Positions 1 to 17,434 of a DNA stretch of 64,000 bases are shown piece after piece. The notes beneath the pieces were generated by a model. The model searched no databases. It was given only the letters and a program-made list of their open reading frames with translations, and had not been told where the DNA came from. Where the stretch lies: the NCBI RefSeq assembly GCF_009914755.1, contig NC_060925.1. One strand, 5' to 3'. How positions within the stretch are numbered: the first letter of the stretch is position 1; every line of letters starts with the position of its first letter. Both the position numbers and the translations under genes were made by a program. Source of the DNA: the human T2T-CHM13v2.0 reference genome, Homo sapiens.

Positions 1-177
1 ATCATTAGCTTTTCAAAGGAGTCTAGGTGAATTTTAAAGTGATATGGCTATGAACAGTCATCACTGAAATGTGGAATAATTTAAGAGAAAGAGGCAGAGA
101 GCTCTATCCTGGGAGGGTGGTTTGTATTATCTTCAGTATAAAAGTTACCTTTAATGTTTTTTTAAAAAAATCTATAG

Positions 178-303
178 GAATCCAAGTGAATAGTCAGTTT
201 CAGCAAGAATTTCCCAGCCTGCAGGCAGCTGGGGATCAGGAAAAAAAAGAAAAGGAAACAAATGATGACAACTATGGACCTGGACCCAGTTTACGTCCAC
301 CAA
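178..303 (+). CDS. PRRC2C: PRRC2C coding exon (126 bp, IQVNSQFQQEFPSL...SLRPP)
   Basis: tatag|GA acceptor, A|gtaaga donor, phase 1-1. Confidence 0.93.
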
Positions 304-1039
304 GTAAGAGTACTTTCTCTTTAATACAAAATGAGATCATATTTGTGTATTATCTTGCAATACAACCTCCTGCTTGCTGTTGCATATATTATTTGCCTAC
401 TTCGAAAAGGCAGACTTTGTACTATAGTCACTTGCTACTCAGGTATGATTTTTGCACCGACAGTATCACTGTAACTTGAGAACATGTTAGAAATGTGTCA
501 TCTTGGGCCTCGCATCCAACTTACTAAATCAAAATCTACATTTTAACAAGATGTCCAGGTGACTTTCATGTATACCAATATTTGGATTTTTTTATACTAG
601 TTTTTGAGCAGGCTTCCCTAATGTGTAACTATTTACTTACTACTGTATTAATATTCGGTGATTCCTCACTTTCTGAGCTCAAACTGAGGAAACAAATAAT
701 TTTGGATAATGAGGGATAGTTTATGTACATTACAAAGCAAAAACTAAAAATAAAAGTGTAAAATGTTCGAGGGATTTTTAAATGTCTTCTTAATTGTGAT
801 AGCTTCATACTGTCATTACCAAGTATCTTAAAGGACCTTGTTTACATGGGGAGGTTCGTCTATGACAGAAGTGTTTACAAATTCCATATTTCTAAAAACC
901 TGATGTATTTCACATTTTTTAGCTCTTGTCAGATGTAAATAAATCTAAATCTTATTTTTCAAGCGTCATAATGTGGTTGGTGCATTTGTATTAGAAATAG
1001 ATGTGCTGACTCCTCTATTTTGTTCAGTTGAATTTTCAC

Positions 1040-1508
1040 CAGTTGTCTATTGCTGCATAACAAATTTAGCAATGTAAAACAACAAACTGAACTATACTTA
1101 TGATATCCCACTGTATCTGAAGGTCAGGAATCCAGGGTCAGCTTAGTTTGAGGTTCTGGCCAAGGGACTCTCTCTCAAAGCCGCGATGAAGCTGTCTGAA
1201 GCTGACTTGACTGGGGCTGTACTTCCAAACTGACTGGTGTAGCTCTTGGCTCTTTAGTTTCATGGTCTCTTAGTGGGGCTGCTTATGACATGGCTTCTGC
1301 AGAATAAATGATGAGAGACAGACACCCTCCACCCAAGACAGAAGCCCACAGTCTTTAATAACTTAATCTGGAGAGGGACATGCTATCACTTCTGCCATAT
1401 TCTACAGGTTACACAGACCAACCCTGCTATATTGTGAGAAGGGACTACACTTAGTGTAAATACCAGAAGATAAAGATCATTTGGGCTATCCAGGAGACTG
1501 GTTACCAT
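1040..1508 (-). mobile_element. MaLR solo LTR, MLT1F-like
   Basis: Typical MLT1F blocks (attgctgcataacaaat, gtcaggaatcc, atcacttctgccatattcta, gggactacac, end ggttacca). Confidence 0.7.
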
Positions 1509-1570
1509 GCAGTGTTTCTTAGCAAAACCACCTAGCTGTTTTATTTGGTTAAGTGTAATTACACCAGATA
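1428..1570 (+). repeat. Direct repeat copy 1 (~143 bp)
   Basis: About 90% identical to 2400-2540 by manual alignment. Confidence 0.92.
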
Positions 1571-2034
1571 ATTTCACGCAATCTGTTCACTTGGGGGCAT
1601 CTGTAACTAACAATAATATACTGGAAACAGACAAATGAGAATATCACTGTCAACCCTTCCAGATTGTAGAAGTCCCATCTTCCTTCCCTCAGGAAACCTC
1701 AGGTGTGTCACTCTGAAACATGGCCATCTGATATATGGAGAACAGTGATTTTAATTTCTATACCAAATATTGATAAAGCTTCATAGAGAAGTTCTAATAT
1801 TTTCTTCTCCCACCCCAGTATTTGCTTGTGGTGACACCCTCTGAGGTACATCCTCTCCACTTTGGAAGCCACTACTACGCAAACAACTTGAAAGCATTAG
1901 TAGGACCTGGATTAGACTTTTCCTGCTCTTTCACTCTGCTTACTTGCTTTCATTTTCCTGAAATACATTTTGGTTTCACTTTGTTCCATTTTCAGATTTT
2001 TATCTTTTTCCTTTTTTCTCTGCCTTCATACTAG

Positions 2035-2258
2035 ATGTTGCTTGTTGGAGAGATGGTGGTAAGGCTGCTGGCTCACCTTCGTCATCTGATCAAGATGAAA
2101 AGCTCCCTGGCCAGGATGAAAGCACAGCTGGAACATCAGAGCAAAATGATATCCTCAAAGTGGTGGAAAAGAGGATAGCTTGTGGTCCTCCACAGGCTAA
2201 ACTGAATGGACAGCAGGCTGCTCTCGCTTCCCAGTATAGAGCTATGATGCCTCCTTAT
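2035..2258 (+). CDS. PRRC2C: PRRC2C coding exon (224 bp, VACWRDGG...AMMPPY)
   Basis: Long pyrimidine tract + ctag|AT, TAT|gtgagt, phase 1-0. Confidence 0.94.
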
Positions 2259-2291
2259 GTGAGTATTGTTAAATGAACAAGCATTCAAACA

Positions 2292-2869
2292 AGTGGTTTT
2301 TGATCTGGGGTCCAAGGAGCGAATTGTTATAGGGAAAAGTTTAGGTCTTTGTTTTCATTAACATCTAACTAAAAATTAGCATTCTCTTTTATTGTATGGT
2401 ATATTGTGAGAAGGGACTACACATGGTGTAAACACCAGAAGATAGAGATCATTTGGGCTATCCGGGAAACGTTACCACGCAGTGTTTCTTAGCAGAAACA
2501 CCTAGCTGTTTTATTTGGTTAAGTGTAGTTGTACCAGATAGGAAACAAATCAGCAGTATCTTTATTATTAACAGGGATTGCAGATATTTTCATATCACAT
2601 TACATTCAACATTACTTCAAAATAATTATTAGACCCATAGATAATGATCTAATAAAGAAGCACGTACGTTACCATACCACAGATTTATTTTGTAAATACA
2701 GAGAACAATTACACTAACATTCTGTTTAATATAATTGTTCTTCTTTGCAATATTTTTGTATTTTACATTATGCATTTAAAATGTTTTCCTGAGAGGAGGT
2801 CCATAGGTCCATAGGATTCATCAGACTGCCAAAGGGGTGGTTCATGGAAAAAATGATAAAGAACACTTG
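2292..2869. mobile_element. hAT-Charlie MER relic (Charlie4a-like) interrupted by a 141-bp copy of upstream sequence
   Basis: Ends with gtccatagg..tcagactgccaaaggggt..aagaacacttg; family name from recalled consensus. Confidence 0.55.
2400..2540 (+). repeat. Direct repeat copy 2 (~141 bp)
   Basis: About 90% identical to 1428-1570. Confidence 0.92.
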
Positions 2870-2875
2870 CCGTAG

Positions 2876-3246
<371 letters not shown>

Positions 3247-3330
3247 TTTAAACTTTTTTTAATGGAAAATTTTAAACATGTACAAAAATAAAGATAACAG
3301 TGCAATGAATCTGCCTCTTTTCCTACCACT

Positions 3331-3649
<319 letters not shown>

Positions 3650-4260
3650 TAAAGCAAATCCAAGATATTTCATCAGTAAATATTTTAAGTTCTATTTTAA
3701 AGGATAAAGACTTGGGGAGAAGGTTTGCAATGCTGTTATACATAAAAAGAAAACTAATTCCTTGATATTCTCAAATATTATGTTAGTATTCCAGTAGTTG
3801 TCTCATAATTAGGATCCAGGCAACATCCATTCGTTGAGATTGGTTCATATTTCTTTTAAGAATCTTGTTACCTATAGATATTTCTATCTCCTGTTTCCTT
3901 TGGAGCTTATCTGTTATAATTTGTTAACCTGTGAAGTTCCTCAGATTTTGGATTTTGTTGATACTATCTTTAATTTCATTTATTATATACTCTGGCACCC
4001 ACCCCTGCCCTCCCACCACATTTTCTAAATTATTAGTTAGATTTGGTGTCCTCATTCTTTGTTTACTTTCAGCCCAATGTGAAGTTGTAAAACAAGTCAC
4101 ATGTGCCTGGATACATCCATTTAGTTTTCCAGAAGACTCATTACTCTCATAGGAAACAAAAATCTAGGTCATATTTATTTAGTTTGTTGTTTAACTCCTA
4201 ATATTTGAATCCTAAATATCCATCATACTTTCCATTCCTTCATATTGTTGATTTTATTTA

Positions 4261-4357
4261 AAAATATGGAATGCTTCATGAATTTGTATGTTATTTTTAT
4301 GCGGGGGCTGTGCTAATCTTCTCTGTATTGTTCCAATTTTGCTGCCAAAGTGAGCAT
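4261..4357 (-). pseudogene. U6 snRNA pseudogene (RNU6-P type)
   Basis: aaaatatggaatgcttcatgaatttg...gctaatcttctctgtattgttccaatttt..gctgccaaagtgagca is reverse-complement U6 with CpG decay and a ~9-nt deletion; no upstream PSE evident. Confidence 0.92.
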
Positions 4358-4428
4358 ATACATTACTATTTTTTAATCATTCTAGACTAACAGAGGGAGA
4401 TGAATGATTAAATACAATTACTTGTTAA

Positions 4429-4706
<278 letters not shown>

Positions 4707-5225
4707 ATTAAACGTTTTCCTAAAAGAAGTTTGGGAGTATGCTGACCTGGCCTTGAAAAATGATTTATACCCAATTACTTTTTTTCTAATCATTTTCAAA
4801 TTGTGCTACCAAAGACCCCTGAACTTTCATGTGAGAGGGTAGGATAGGAAAGAGGGGAAACCACGTGGGCATCATTCCCACTTTCATCAGTGATTATATT
4901 TGAATAAAGTGTTCCACTAATTAACAAAAACATTTAAATATCACTACTGTATACTGAGAATTTAAAATTTGTTTCTAAAATGAATTTTCTGGCAAATTCC
5001 TAGATTTTAAGCATTTTTTAAGACCACATGAAATTATGTCTGGAATGACCAGATGAAGGATTTAATGCAACTTTAGCTATGAACATATGCCTCCAGTAGT
5101 GTCTTTATTAACTTCAGTATAGAAGTGTGATGCAACTGAAAATTCTCCAGAGTATCCCTCAAAGTTTCCCCAGCTGAGTTTCAGCTGTTGCTTGACTTAA
5201 TTAACATTGCTTCAACCTGACTTAA

Positions 5226-5547
<322 letters not shown>

Positions 5548-6227
5548 GAGAAATTTCTTCTTTAGACAGCATAATCATATAAACATAGCCTTACTTCAAA
5601 TGTAAGAATTTTCTTATCTAACACACAGTTACTACTTACTTTTTAGAAAAACTAGTCTTCTATTTCAGGATATAAATTATGTTTTTACAGTAATATAATT
5701 TCCTATTATTTACATAATTTGACTTGGATATAAGCATATAGTCAATGACCAAGACATTCTTTGACCCTTCTTCCCTTCAAAATCATAGGATGAATCCCTT
5801 GGTGTTATTTGTTCCCAGAATCTATCTTATGTCTTCTCTTAAGTTTAGTTTCCCAGAGCCAAGTTCCTACAGAGAACAGTATCTGGACCTGTTTGGGACA
5901 GTTTATAATGATCATCTGTGCAGTAACTTGATTGAGAATTCACCTATGCCATATACATAGAAAATTTCTGGGTAGCTCTCTGTCCCCCTTTTCCAACTCA
6001 CTTCCTTGGATTGTGGACTGTCTTTTAATTTTATCTGAGCTGAGTTCTTCTTCCCCACGCCTGCCACCCCTACATTTTTCTTTTTGAGGTGCTGGGGCTG
6101 GGGACTGATGTTATCCTCCTTATCCACAAATCTGCCTCTGATTATTCTACTCCTGCTTATGGAGGAAGGCCAACAGCATTTGCTTTTCAAATATTTTCAC
6201 TTTGCCGTTTGCTAGGGTGCATGTATG

Positions 6228-6373
6228 TACATATCCTGTTGATACAATTACTTTAATGTAATTTATATCTTGTTGACACAGTTACTTTAATGTAATTTTA
6301 CATTACATATCTCATTGATACAGTTACTTTAATGTGTACATATCTTGTTGATAGTTACTTTAATGTAATTTTA
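6228..6373. repeat. AT-rich minisatellite, 4 copies of ~35-45 bp
   Basis: Unit catatcttgttgatacagttactttaatgtaattt repeated with variation. Confidence 0.85.
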
Positions 6374-6623
6374 TTAATATAATACAGAAGTTTTTCATAT
6401 GTGCTCTAGTTATTCTATTTATAAAGAGTTGCTAGTGGCAATGGCCTTGGAAATGGGTTGCTATTGAGGATGAACAGATAACAGTCATTAATAGTTTTAT
6501 TCACTTAAATCATTGTTTTATAAATTGTAACTTCAGGCCTAGGCTCAGATTTATATATATATATAATTTTTTAAAATAACTAGGTTGCTAAATTTATCAC
6601 AATTTTTTGTTTCCTTCATTCAG

Positions 6624-6706
6624 ATGTTCCAACAGTATCCGAGGATGACATATCCTCCTCTACATGGTCCCATGAGATTCCCACCTTCTTTATCTGAAAC
6701 AAACAA
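6624..6706 (+). CDS. PRRC2C: PRRC2C coding exon (83 bp, MFQQYPRM...SETN)
   Basis: ttcag|ATG, AA|gtaagg, phase 0-2. Confidence 0.92.
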
Positions 6707-6934
6707 GTAAGGCTATTAAATGATTAAAGTCTGTAAGGAATATATGCTTGTTAAGATTTCCTGAAGGTTGAGTGGATTGTGTGATTCTGAGTTGTGTAAT
6801 TGATCGTTTTCCTATCCTCACAGTACAGTTGTCATTAGTAAATAATTGGCTAACTCTTATAAGACAGAACAGAAATAATTCATTCTTTTAAGCATTTAAA
6901 TTAATTTACATAGGATTTTGAAAACTGAAAACCA

Positions 6935-7291
<357 letters not shown>

Positions 7292-7667
7292 TTATGGACT
7301 CCCCATTTTCTTTCTTTTTTTTTTTTTGCTTATTATATGAGACTTGAACATCCTCTTGAATTATTTTCCTCAAAATATATATTTTGAAGTTAGTTTTATT
7401 CATATCGTTATCCTTTTAACATATTTGTTTTATCTTAAATATTTGAGAATTCTTAAAAACTTTGTCAGCTGTTACTTAAGAGTTACGTATTATCCTATCA
7501 TTATGTATTAATATTAATTTTTTCATACACATGTCCATGCAGAACATATTAGGTATCTTGGTGTAGAAAACACTAATGTTGAAATGAACTAAATTCCAAT
7601 CTTTTAGTATTCTCCCAGTTTAGTATCATAAACTTTTGTATCTTTTCCATGACCTGCCTTTCATTAG

Positions 7668-7801
7668 AGGCCTTCGAGGAAGAGGCCCACCTCCTTCATG
7701 GGCCTCTGAGCCTGAACGCCCATCCATTCTTAGTGCATCAGAACTGAAGGAGCTTGATAAATTTGATAACCTAGATGCTGAAGCTGATGAAGGTTGGGCA
7801 G
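7668..7801 (+). CDS. PRRC2C: PRRC2C coding exon (134 bp, GLRGRGPPP...DEGWA)
   Basis: attag|A, G|gtaaga, phase 2-1. Confidence 0.93.
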
Positions 7802-7881
7802 GTAAGAGGCAAAATTAATTAAGTCCTTTAAATTGTTAGATGCTTTCAAGCAGCCAGTCTGAGTTTTCCTTAATTTAATAG

Positions 7882-7969
7882 GTGCTCAGATGGAAGTAGA
7901 TTATACAGAGCAACTGAATTTCAGTGATGATGATGAACAAGGAAGTAACAGTCCTAAAGAGAATAACAG
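7882..7969 (+). CDS. PRRC2C: PRRC2C coding exon (88 bp, AQMEVDYTEQLNFSDDDE...)
   Basis: aatag|GT, AG|gtaagt, phase 1-2; follows an 80-bp intron. Confidence 0.93.
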
Positions 7970-8200
7970 GTAAGTTGTGATATCTTTTACTAATAACAGT
8001 ATGAATTTGTTGATACAATATTAGCTACTTATGCAAAGAAGCTTTGTTAATAGACAATTGTTTGTTATTTGTAGAATTTATATATTCTCAGAAGTTTTAC
8101 TGAATAGAGGGTGCTTAATGAGCTAGATTAATACAGTATACAGCTAATCAAGGAATTAAAATTTGATGCGTCTCAAGAAAGTTTATTTAAAAACATTTAG

Positions 8201-8499
<299 letters not shown>

Positions 8500-9267
8500 T
8501 TAGATGCTTGGCACCTAGTTTGGAGATCTTTTGAGAACTGGTATTAGGAACAATTTTTTAAACTGTTACTTGCTTGACCTGATCTGTATTTACAAAATTG
8601 GAGAATAATTCCCTGGGTTACTACAGCTTTTTCAGGTCCTCGATTTCTTAAAACTTAGTAAACTGCATTAGGGCCTTGGAAAATGGGGAGCTTTTTATTT
8701 CTTTTTCCTTCATTCTGGAATATTGGAGCACCAGTCAGGAATATATGGGTTATATATCATAAAAGTTGGGCTTTTAAAATATATGGAAGTTTGGAAGCAC
8801 ATTTGGTATAATTTTTCAGTTATGGCATTGTGACAAACATCGTTTTATGATCGTTTAAGAGATACCTGTGGTTTGTCGTGGCTTTGAAAAAATACTGTAG
8901 TTTGATTTATCTTTTTATTAAATCAGAATAAATTAGAATGCAGTTAAATAATAATTCCAATATTACCCAGTTACATTTGGATTGTATTTCTTATGTAGAG
9001 GAGATAGGAAATGATGTGATTATATTCTTTTGCCAGGATATATGCCTGACATGTGTGTTTAGATTTGACAACTACTGTATTGCACTTTCATAGTATATAT
9101 TTATTGAAAGAACAAATTAGCACTAATGGGTCACACACCCATCTCATTCCTTAATACATTTCCCCCCCCAGAAACCATACAGAAATAATTTTTTTAATTG
9201 CAAAAATAATGTGTGTACTTATGATACAGTTGGTCCACTTTATTTCTTCTGCATTTTGATTTTTCAG

Positions 9268-9412
9268 TGAGGATCAAGGTTCAAAAGCCTCTGAAAACAA
9301 CGAAAACAAAAAAGAAACAGATGAAGTTTCCAACACTAAATCATCTTCCCAAATACCTGCCCAACCATCAGTAGCAAAAGTTCCCTATGGGAAAGGACCT
9401 TCATTTAATCAG
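9268..9412 (+). CDS. PRRC2C: PRRC2C coding exon (145 bp, EDQGSKAS...PSFNQ)
   Basis: tttcag|T, CAG|gtttgt, phase 2-0. Confidence 0.92.
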
Positions 9413-10725
9413 GTTTGTTGGACTCATGGAGATCCTTGTTATTGCAAGGATCTCCTTATTGTAATTACTGTGTAATACTATGGATAATTATTCTTACCAC
9501 AGAGTGGAACGGGACTTAGAAAAAGGAAACTGTGTATTTTTTTCTTGAATAGTCTTGAATCTATCATAATTTTTATTGCATTTAACCGGAATTATCAATA
9601 CAGTAGCTAAAGTTATCAAGTGAAAACTAAAGCTTCACATTTTTTTTACCTTATGATATAGCTCAATCATAGCAAAGTGTAGGGATAATATTTTTCTAAA
9701 ATAAAATAAACATTGCTGAAGTGCTTTATGGTTTATTGAATACTTAAATACTAGTCAGTCTTTTTGTGTGAATGGTACACTATCTGTAGGGAAATCACAT
9801 AGTGAGTAGGGAGATCTAAAGTCTGAATCATTTTGAAGAACATTGTGAATGAAGGGAAATGTGTGTGCAACAGATATTTGATCCCACTTCTGAGATGGTA
9901 AATGGTTGCAAAAGCTGCATTATAAACTGGGAATAAAAAGGACTACTTTCAAGGGAGTCCACTTATCTCTTTATTAAGGAATCAGTATAGTTAGCATGTA
10001 TTTGTTGGATTCATACAAAATAGATGGAGGAACTTGTCCCTTCTGAGGGCTAAAAGGAGGTAGCTAACAGTTTCCTTGACAGGAAAAAAAGTCAGTAAGC
10101 AGTTACAGTGTGCTAAGTGGCGTAATCATAGAGGGTACAAAATAAATTCTTTGAGCATTCATTTAAGGTAGAAGGCTGCAGAAGACTAAGTACTTGAGCT
10201 AATTCTTAAACAAGCATGATTTAGGCAGTATAGAAAGGGAATATAGCTGTTACAAGCAGTGGAAACACATGTAGAGAAGTATGAGAAAACATGGCACATT
10301 CAAGAAATTCTAAGTAGTTTGATATAGGAGAGAGGTAAGAGAGCTATGTAAGAACCACTTCTTTAAAATGTATGCTATATGAGGGTTTTAATCTTAAGGC
10401 ATTGATGATCCATTGAATAAATTTATGAACCCTGAAAAAGAAGAATTTTTTAAATAACATTTTAATAACTTTTTTGTGTGACTTTTTACTTATTGGCATA
10501 ATGGGGAATGAGAATTTTTCATGAAAGAATAGAGGAATAGATGGAATATGTCTTGATGTCTTTGACTTTTTTGTGACAGTCATGTGACAGTTTATATTAG
10601 CAAGTGAATGTTTCATGTATTTTGTTCCATTATGTTTTAGATTTTCTTTTTTTAAGATAAATCTCATATTTTTAGTTTGCCACTAGAAAAGAATTGAGCT
10701 TACATAAATAAAATTTAGTAATTAG

Positions 10726-11097
<372 letters not shown>

Positions 11098-11252
11098 TAA
11101 AGTGCATTTAAGATTCTAACCTTACTGAAATAGCAGAGTGATTGCATAAAAGTAATCTTGTAATGAGTGATATGCTTTTATTTAAAAAGAGAGGAGAAAG
11201 ATGTTTAGCAATCTTATGGTATTGAGAAAATCATTACATTCAGAAATATATC

Positions 11253-11552
<300 letters not shown>

Positions 11553-11568
11553 GAAATATTTCTAATAG

Positions 11569-11907
<339 letters not shown>

Positions 11908-11922
11908 TAAGTAATTCTTTCA

Positions 11923-12298
<376 letters not shown>

Positions 12299-12732
12299 TT
12301 AAGTGCTTGTTTATGGATTATATATTTTATTTGACCTTTTGTTTTGGTGGAAAGACACCAAATTTTTTATTCAAAACTTTTATGAAACAGTTACTAACTT
12401 TTTACCTTGTGACTCTTACATGTCTTACTCTTCATCCTTTTCATTTTCATTCTCAGTTGATAAGCATGCTTCAAGTTTCACTAAGAAAATAAGAAGTACC
12501 TAGGAGATAACTTTTTTTTTCTCTCTCACTGCCCGTATACTTTTTCTTCCTATTGTTTTTGGTGCTAAGGACACTTTTTTACTTGGTTCCTTGTATCCTT
12601 TTCCACTTATGATAATGTTATCTCATATTTTAAGAAAAACAACTTCACAAAAACCTCTCTCTTTACATTACTCCATCCCACTTTCCATCCCATTGCAGTG
12701 TCTACCCTATTTCTCTGTTCTCCATCAGTGAA

Positions 12733-13092
<360 letters not shown>

Positions 13093-13269
13093 TCATTAGC
13101 CCTCTCCAGGCATGCTTTCTTTTCCCACTCTACCTTTGAAACTATTATTATCAGAGTCAGTGATGACTTCCATCTTGACAAATTCAGTTTTCTTGTCTTC
13201 ATCTCATTTAAATCTCAGCTGAGTCATTGACATAGTTGATTTCTCTATCCTTCTTTTGTATATGCATAT

Positions 13270-13537
13270 ATTTTTAGAGACAGGGTCTTGCTTTGTGGCC
13301 CAGGCTGGAGTGCAGTGGTGTAATCATAGCTCACTGCCACCTGGACTCCTGGGCTCAAGGGGTCCTCTCACCTCCCCAGCAGCTGGGACTGCAGGTGCAC
13401 ACCACCACGCCAGGCTAATTTTTTGCAGAGACAGGGTCTCACCTTCATGCCCAGGCTGGTCTCGAACTCCTAGACAAGATACCACCTTGACCTACCAAAG
13501 TGCTGGAATTACAGACTTGAGCCACCATCCCTGGCCT
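13270..13537 (-). mobile_element. AluJ (diverged)
   Basis: Alu consensus. Confidence 0.88.
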
Positions 13538-14690
13538 ATCCTTAAAACACTTTTTTATCTACTTGCATCTGAGACACCTCGCTATTTTGTTTTTCTTTGC
13601 TTTCTATTCCTTCTGGGCCTCCTACACTTCGAGTGTTGGAGCACTCAGCCTTTTTCTCAGTCCATTTTAAAAATCTGTATCCTTTTCCTTGGGTATGTCT
13701 TCTATGAGCTGATGGCATTCAAATGTACATTTAGCCTGAAAAGCTTTGCACTGACTTTTAAGAGTCATATATTCAACAATCAACTCAACATCTCCACTTG
13801 GATCTCTAGTAAACAGCTCAAATATGTCCAAACCATAACACACACCCCCACCTTTCCTGCATACCCACAGTGCTGCTTCTCCTGTCTTTCCCATTTCAGG
13901 TAATGGCATTATCATTCACATATTTGCTAAGGCTGAAACTTAGAAGTTACTCTTAACTCTTCTTTTTTTACCCTACATCTAGCTTTATCTATCAGCAGAT
14001 TGTCACCTGTACCTTCAAAATGTACACTGACTACTTGCTACCACCTTTTATATTTCCTTTGAACTATTGGAGTGGGTTCTTGACAGATACTGCTTTCCTC
14101 TTATGCTGCCTGCTCACTTGCCACCTTCATCCCATATTCTTCTGTAGTAGTTGTTGTCTTTTTAAAACTATGGATTAGGTCCGTTACTCCTTGTTCAAGT
14201 CCTTCTCATGATCTTTCAGATCTCTGTCTACTTTTCTAATTTCATCTGCTGTTCTTACCACATACACATTGCTCTTCTTGACTTTTTTACTTGTTCTTCT
14301 TTCTAACTAGCAGATTTTCTTTTCCTGAAATCGTTGTTATGATCAGGGTCTCCAGACCTTCTGTAATCACCCTACTGTGATAGCTGTACATATCACAACC
14401 ATCACCATCGTTTCCAGCAATCCCTCTCCTCATAACCACTGAAAGCTCTTTATAACATTTCTGCGTACACAGAAACTAAAACTAAAACATCTAGAAAAAA
14501 GTATAGAAGATCAAGTGTTCATGAACTTGGAGCTGACAAAGTTTTCTTCGATAAATAAGACCTTGGCCACGAATTAGAAAGGAAAAGCAGCTGGTCAGTT
14601 GGACTTTGGAGAACATTTCCCAAAGAATGCAAAGATATGTTACAGAAAAAAATATTCCTAATACATCTGACGAAGGACTTGTAGCTGGGC

Positions 14691-14997
14691 TTTTTTTTTT
14701 TTTTTTTTTTTTTTGCGCAACAGAGTCTTGCTCTGTTGCCGAGGCTGGAGCAAGATCTCAGCTCATTGCAGCCTAAACCTCCTGGGCTCAAGCGATCCTC
14801 CTGCCTCAGCCTACCAAGTAGCTGGGACCACAGGCATGTGCCTCTATGCCCGGCTAATTTTTTTGTATTTTTTGTAGAGATGGGGTTTCGCCATGTTGCC
14901 CAGGCTAGTCTTGAATTCCTGAGCTCAAGCAGTCCTCCTGCCTTGGCCTCCTAAAGTGCTGGGATTCCAGATGTGAGCCACCGTGTCTAGCCTGGGC
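14691..14997 (-). mobile_element. AluJ
   Basis: Alu consensus. Confidence 0.9.
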
Positions 14998-15014
14998 CGT
15001 ATTTTTATTTTTTT

Positions 15015-15790
15015 TTTAATATCTTACAACTCAATAATACGTAGTTAAACAAAAAGACTTGAACATTTGTTTCTCAAAAGAAAATGTAAGAATGGCCAGT
15101 ATGCACATGAAAAGATATTCAGTGTCTTTAGTTATTAGGGAAATACAAGTTAAAACCACTGAGATTTTACTGCACTGCCAGAATTAAAGACTGATGACAC
15201 CATGTGTTGGCAAGGATGTATAGAGCAGCTGGCACCCTTATACATTGGAAAACCTTATAACCACTTTGGAAAACAGTTTGGCAGTTTCTTGTAAATGAAA
15301 TATCTATTTACCATATGACACAGGATTTTCACTTGTAGCTGTTTATCCAACAGCCAGGAAAACATACATTTACACAAAGACTTACGCATGAATGTTCATA
15401 GCTGTTTTATTCATAGTTTAAAAACTGGAAGCAACCCACGTGTCTATCATACATGAAACAACGTGCCCACAATGGAATACTATCCAGCAGTAAAATGGAG
15501 CAAACTACTTATACATAAAATAACCTCAATGCCATTATACTTAGCAAAAGAAGCTAGCACAAAAGAGAATATAATTTTATACATGTATATAAAATTCTAG
15601 GACAAACAGAACTATACAAGGTTAGGGTTGGGGTGCTTGGGGCCACAGGGGGAGGCAGAGGAGTGATGGAAATGTTGTGTCTGCGTTGGAGCAGTGGTTA
15701 CACAGGTGTATCATTTGTCCAAACTCATCAAACTATACACTTAAAATATGTGCAGCACAGCACATTTTATGTAAATTTTACTTTTATGAA
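15015..15790 (+). mobile_element. Old L1M (L1MC/ME-like) 3' fragment
   Basis: ORF2 3'/3'UTR motifs (gcacatgaaaagat, accactttggaaaacagtttggcagtttctt, atttgtccaaactcatcaaactatacactt). Confidence 0.75.
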
Positions 15791-16753
15791 GTGAGTTGTG
15801 TAAATTAGGCACTAATATATTTGGTTTTTCAGCTTATCTCTGAGCTGTGGATGAAGAAACTCAGCACAAGAGAGATGAAGTAATTTGCATATGATGGCAC
15901 TATTAGTAAATGGTAGTCTGCATTCATTTAAAAAGATAGTCAAGTGTTTTCGTTGTGTCATTGTTTAATCTTTTTATAAGCATTCCAGCTGGGTTACATA
16001 TGGCTCTTAAGATTTCTTCACCCTAGTAGCTTTTAAAATCAATATGTTAAAAACATTTTTTTAATTACTTTTATTGTTTTTGCATAGTTGCAAGCAGTGA
16101 TTTTAAAACCTGTCATTGTTTTATAACACATTAATGAAAATTTAGTCATTGAAACTTGGATGTTTCAGATGATCCTCCGATTCTCCACTCCGGGTTCTAG
16201 ATACGCTTTTCTGGATCTTTCAGTCTAAAGATAGAACTTTTCTTCACCCAGACTAATTTGTAGGAATTTCTTCTCCTTTGGGGTATCATTACAGCACTGA
16301 CTCTGTCTTTTTCACTTTGCTTCTTTGGCTCTGTGCTTTTTACCTGTAGCTGTACCTTAATTTTCTCAGGGCTCACATGCCATCATTTTGGATATTTAAT
16401 ACCTTCATTTCTCTCCCTTAGACATTCCAACTCTGGCAGCTGCTTCTAAAGTATCCATGCTAAATTTCCTTTGTCTCTAAATTTAGATTTTGAGATTCAC
16501 TGTTGTGCTTCTAGTTTTATTCAGCAAATACTGAATGAGCAACAACGTCTGGCACAATAATAGGTACATACTCAGTAAACATTGGACCGCTGGATTAATT
16601 ATTCTGGTCTTAGTTTGGTGAATTATCTAGATGTAATATATTTCCCATCTTATGTGTTTTCATTTTAATGTGTATGTTCATCAGAGAAATTTCTGATATT
16701 TTTGTGGGGTTTTTCCTTCTCCATGCCTGATACCCAGTGTTAGTCAGAAATAG

Positions 16754-17434
<681 letters not shown>

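Noticed and set aside
13256-13903. 215-aa ORF and the many similar 60-150 aa ORFs
   Set aside because: Read-through of Alu/L2/Tigger sequence ([20 protein letters not shown] signatures); no splice context
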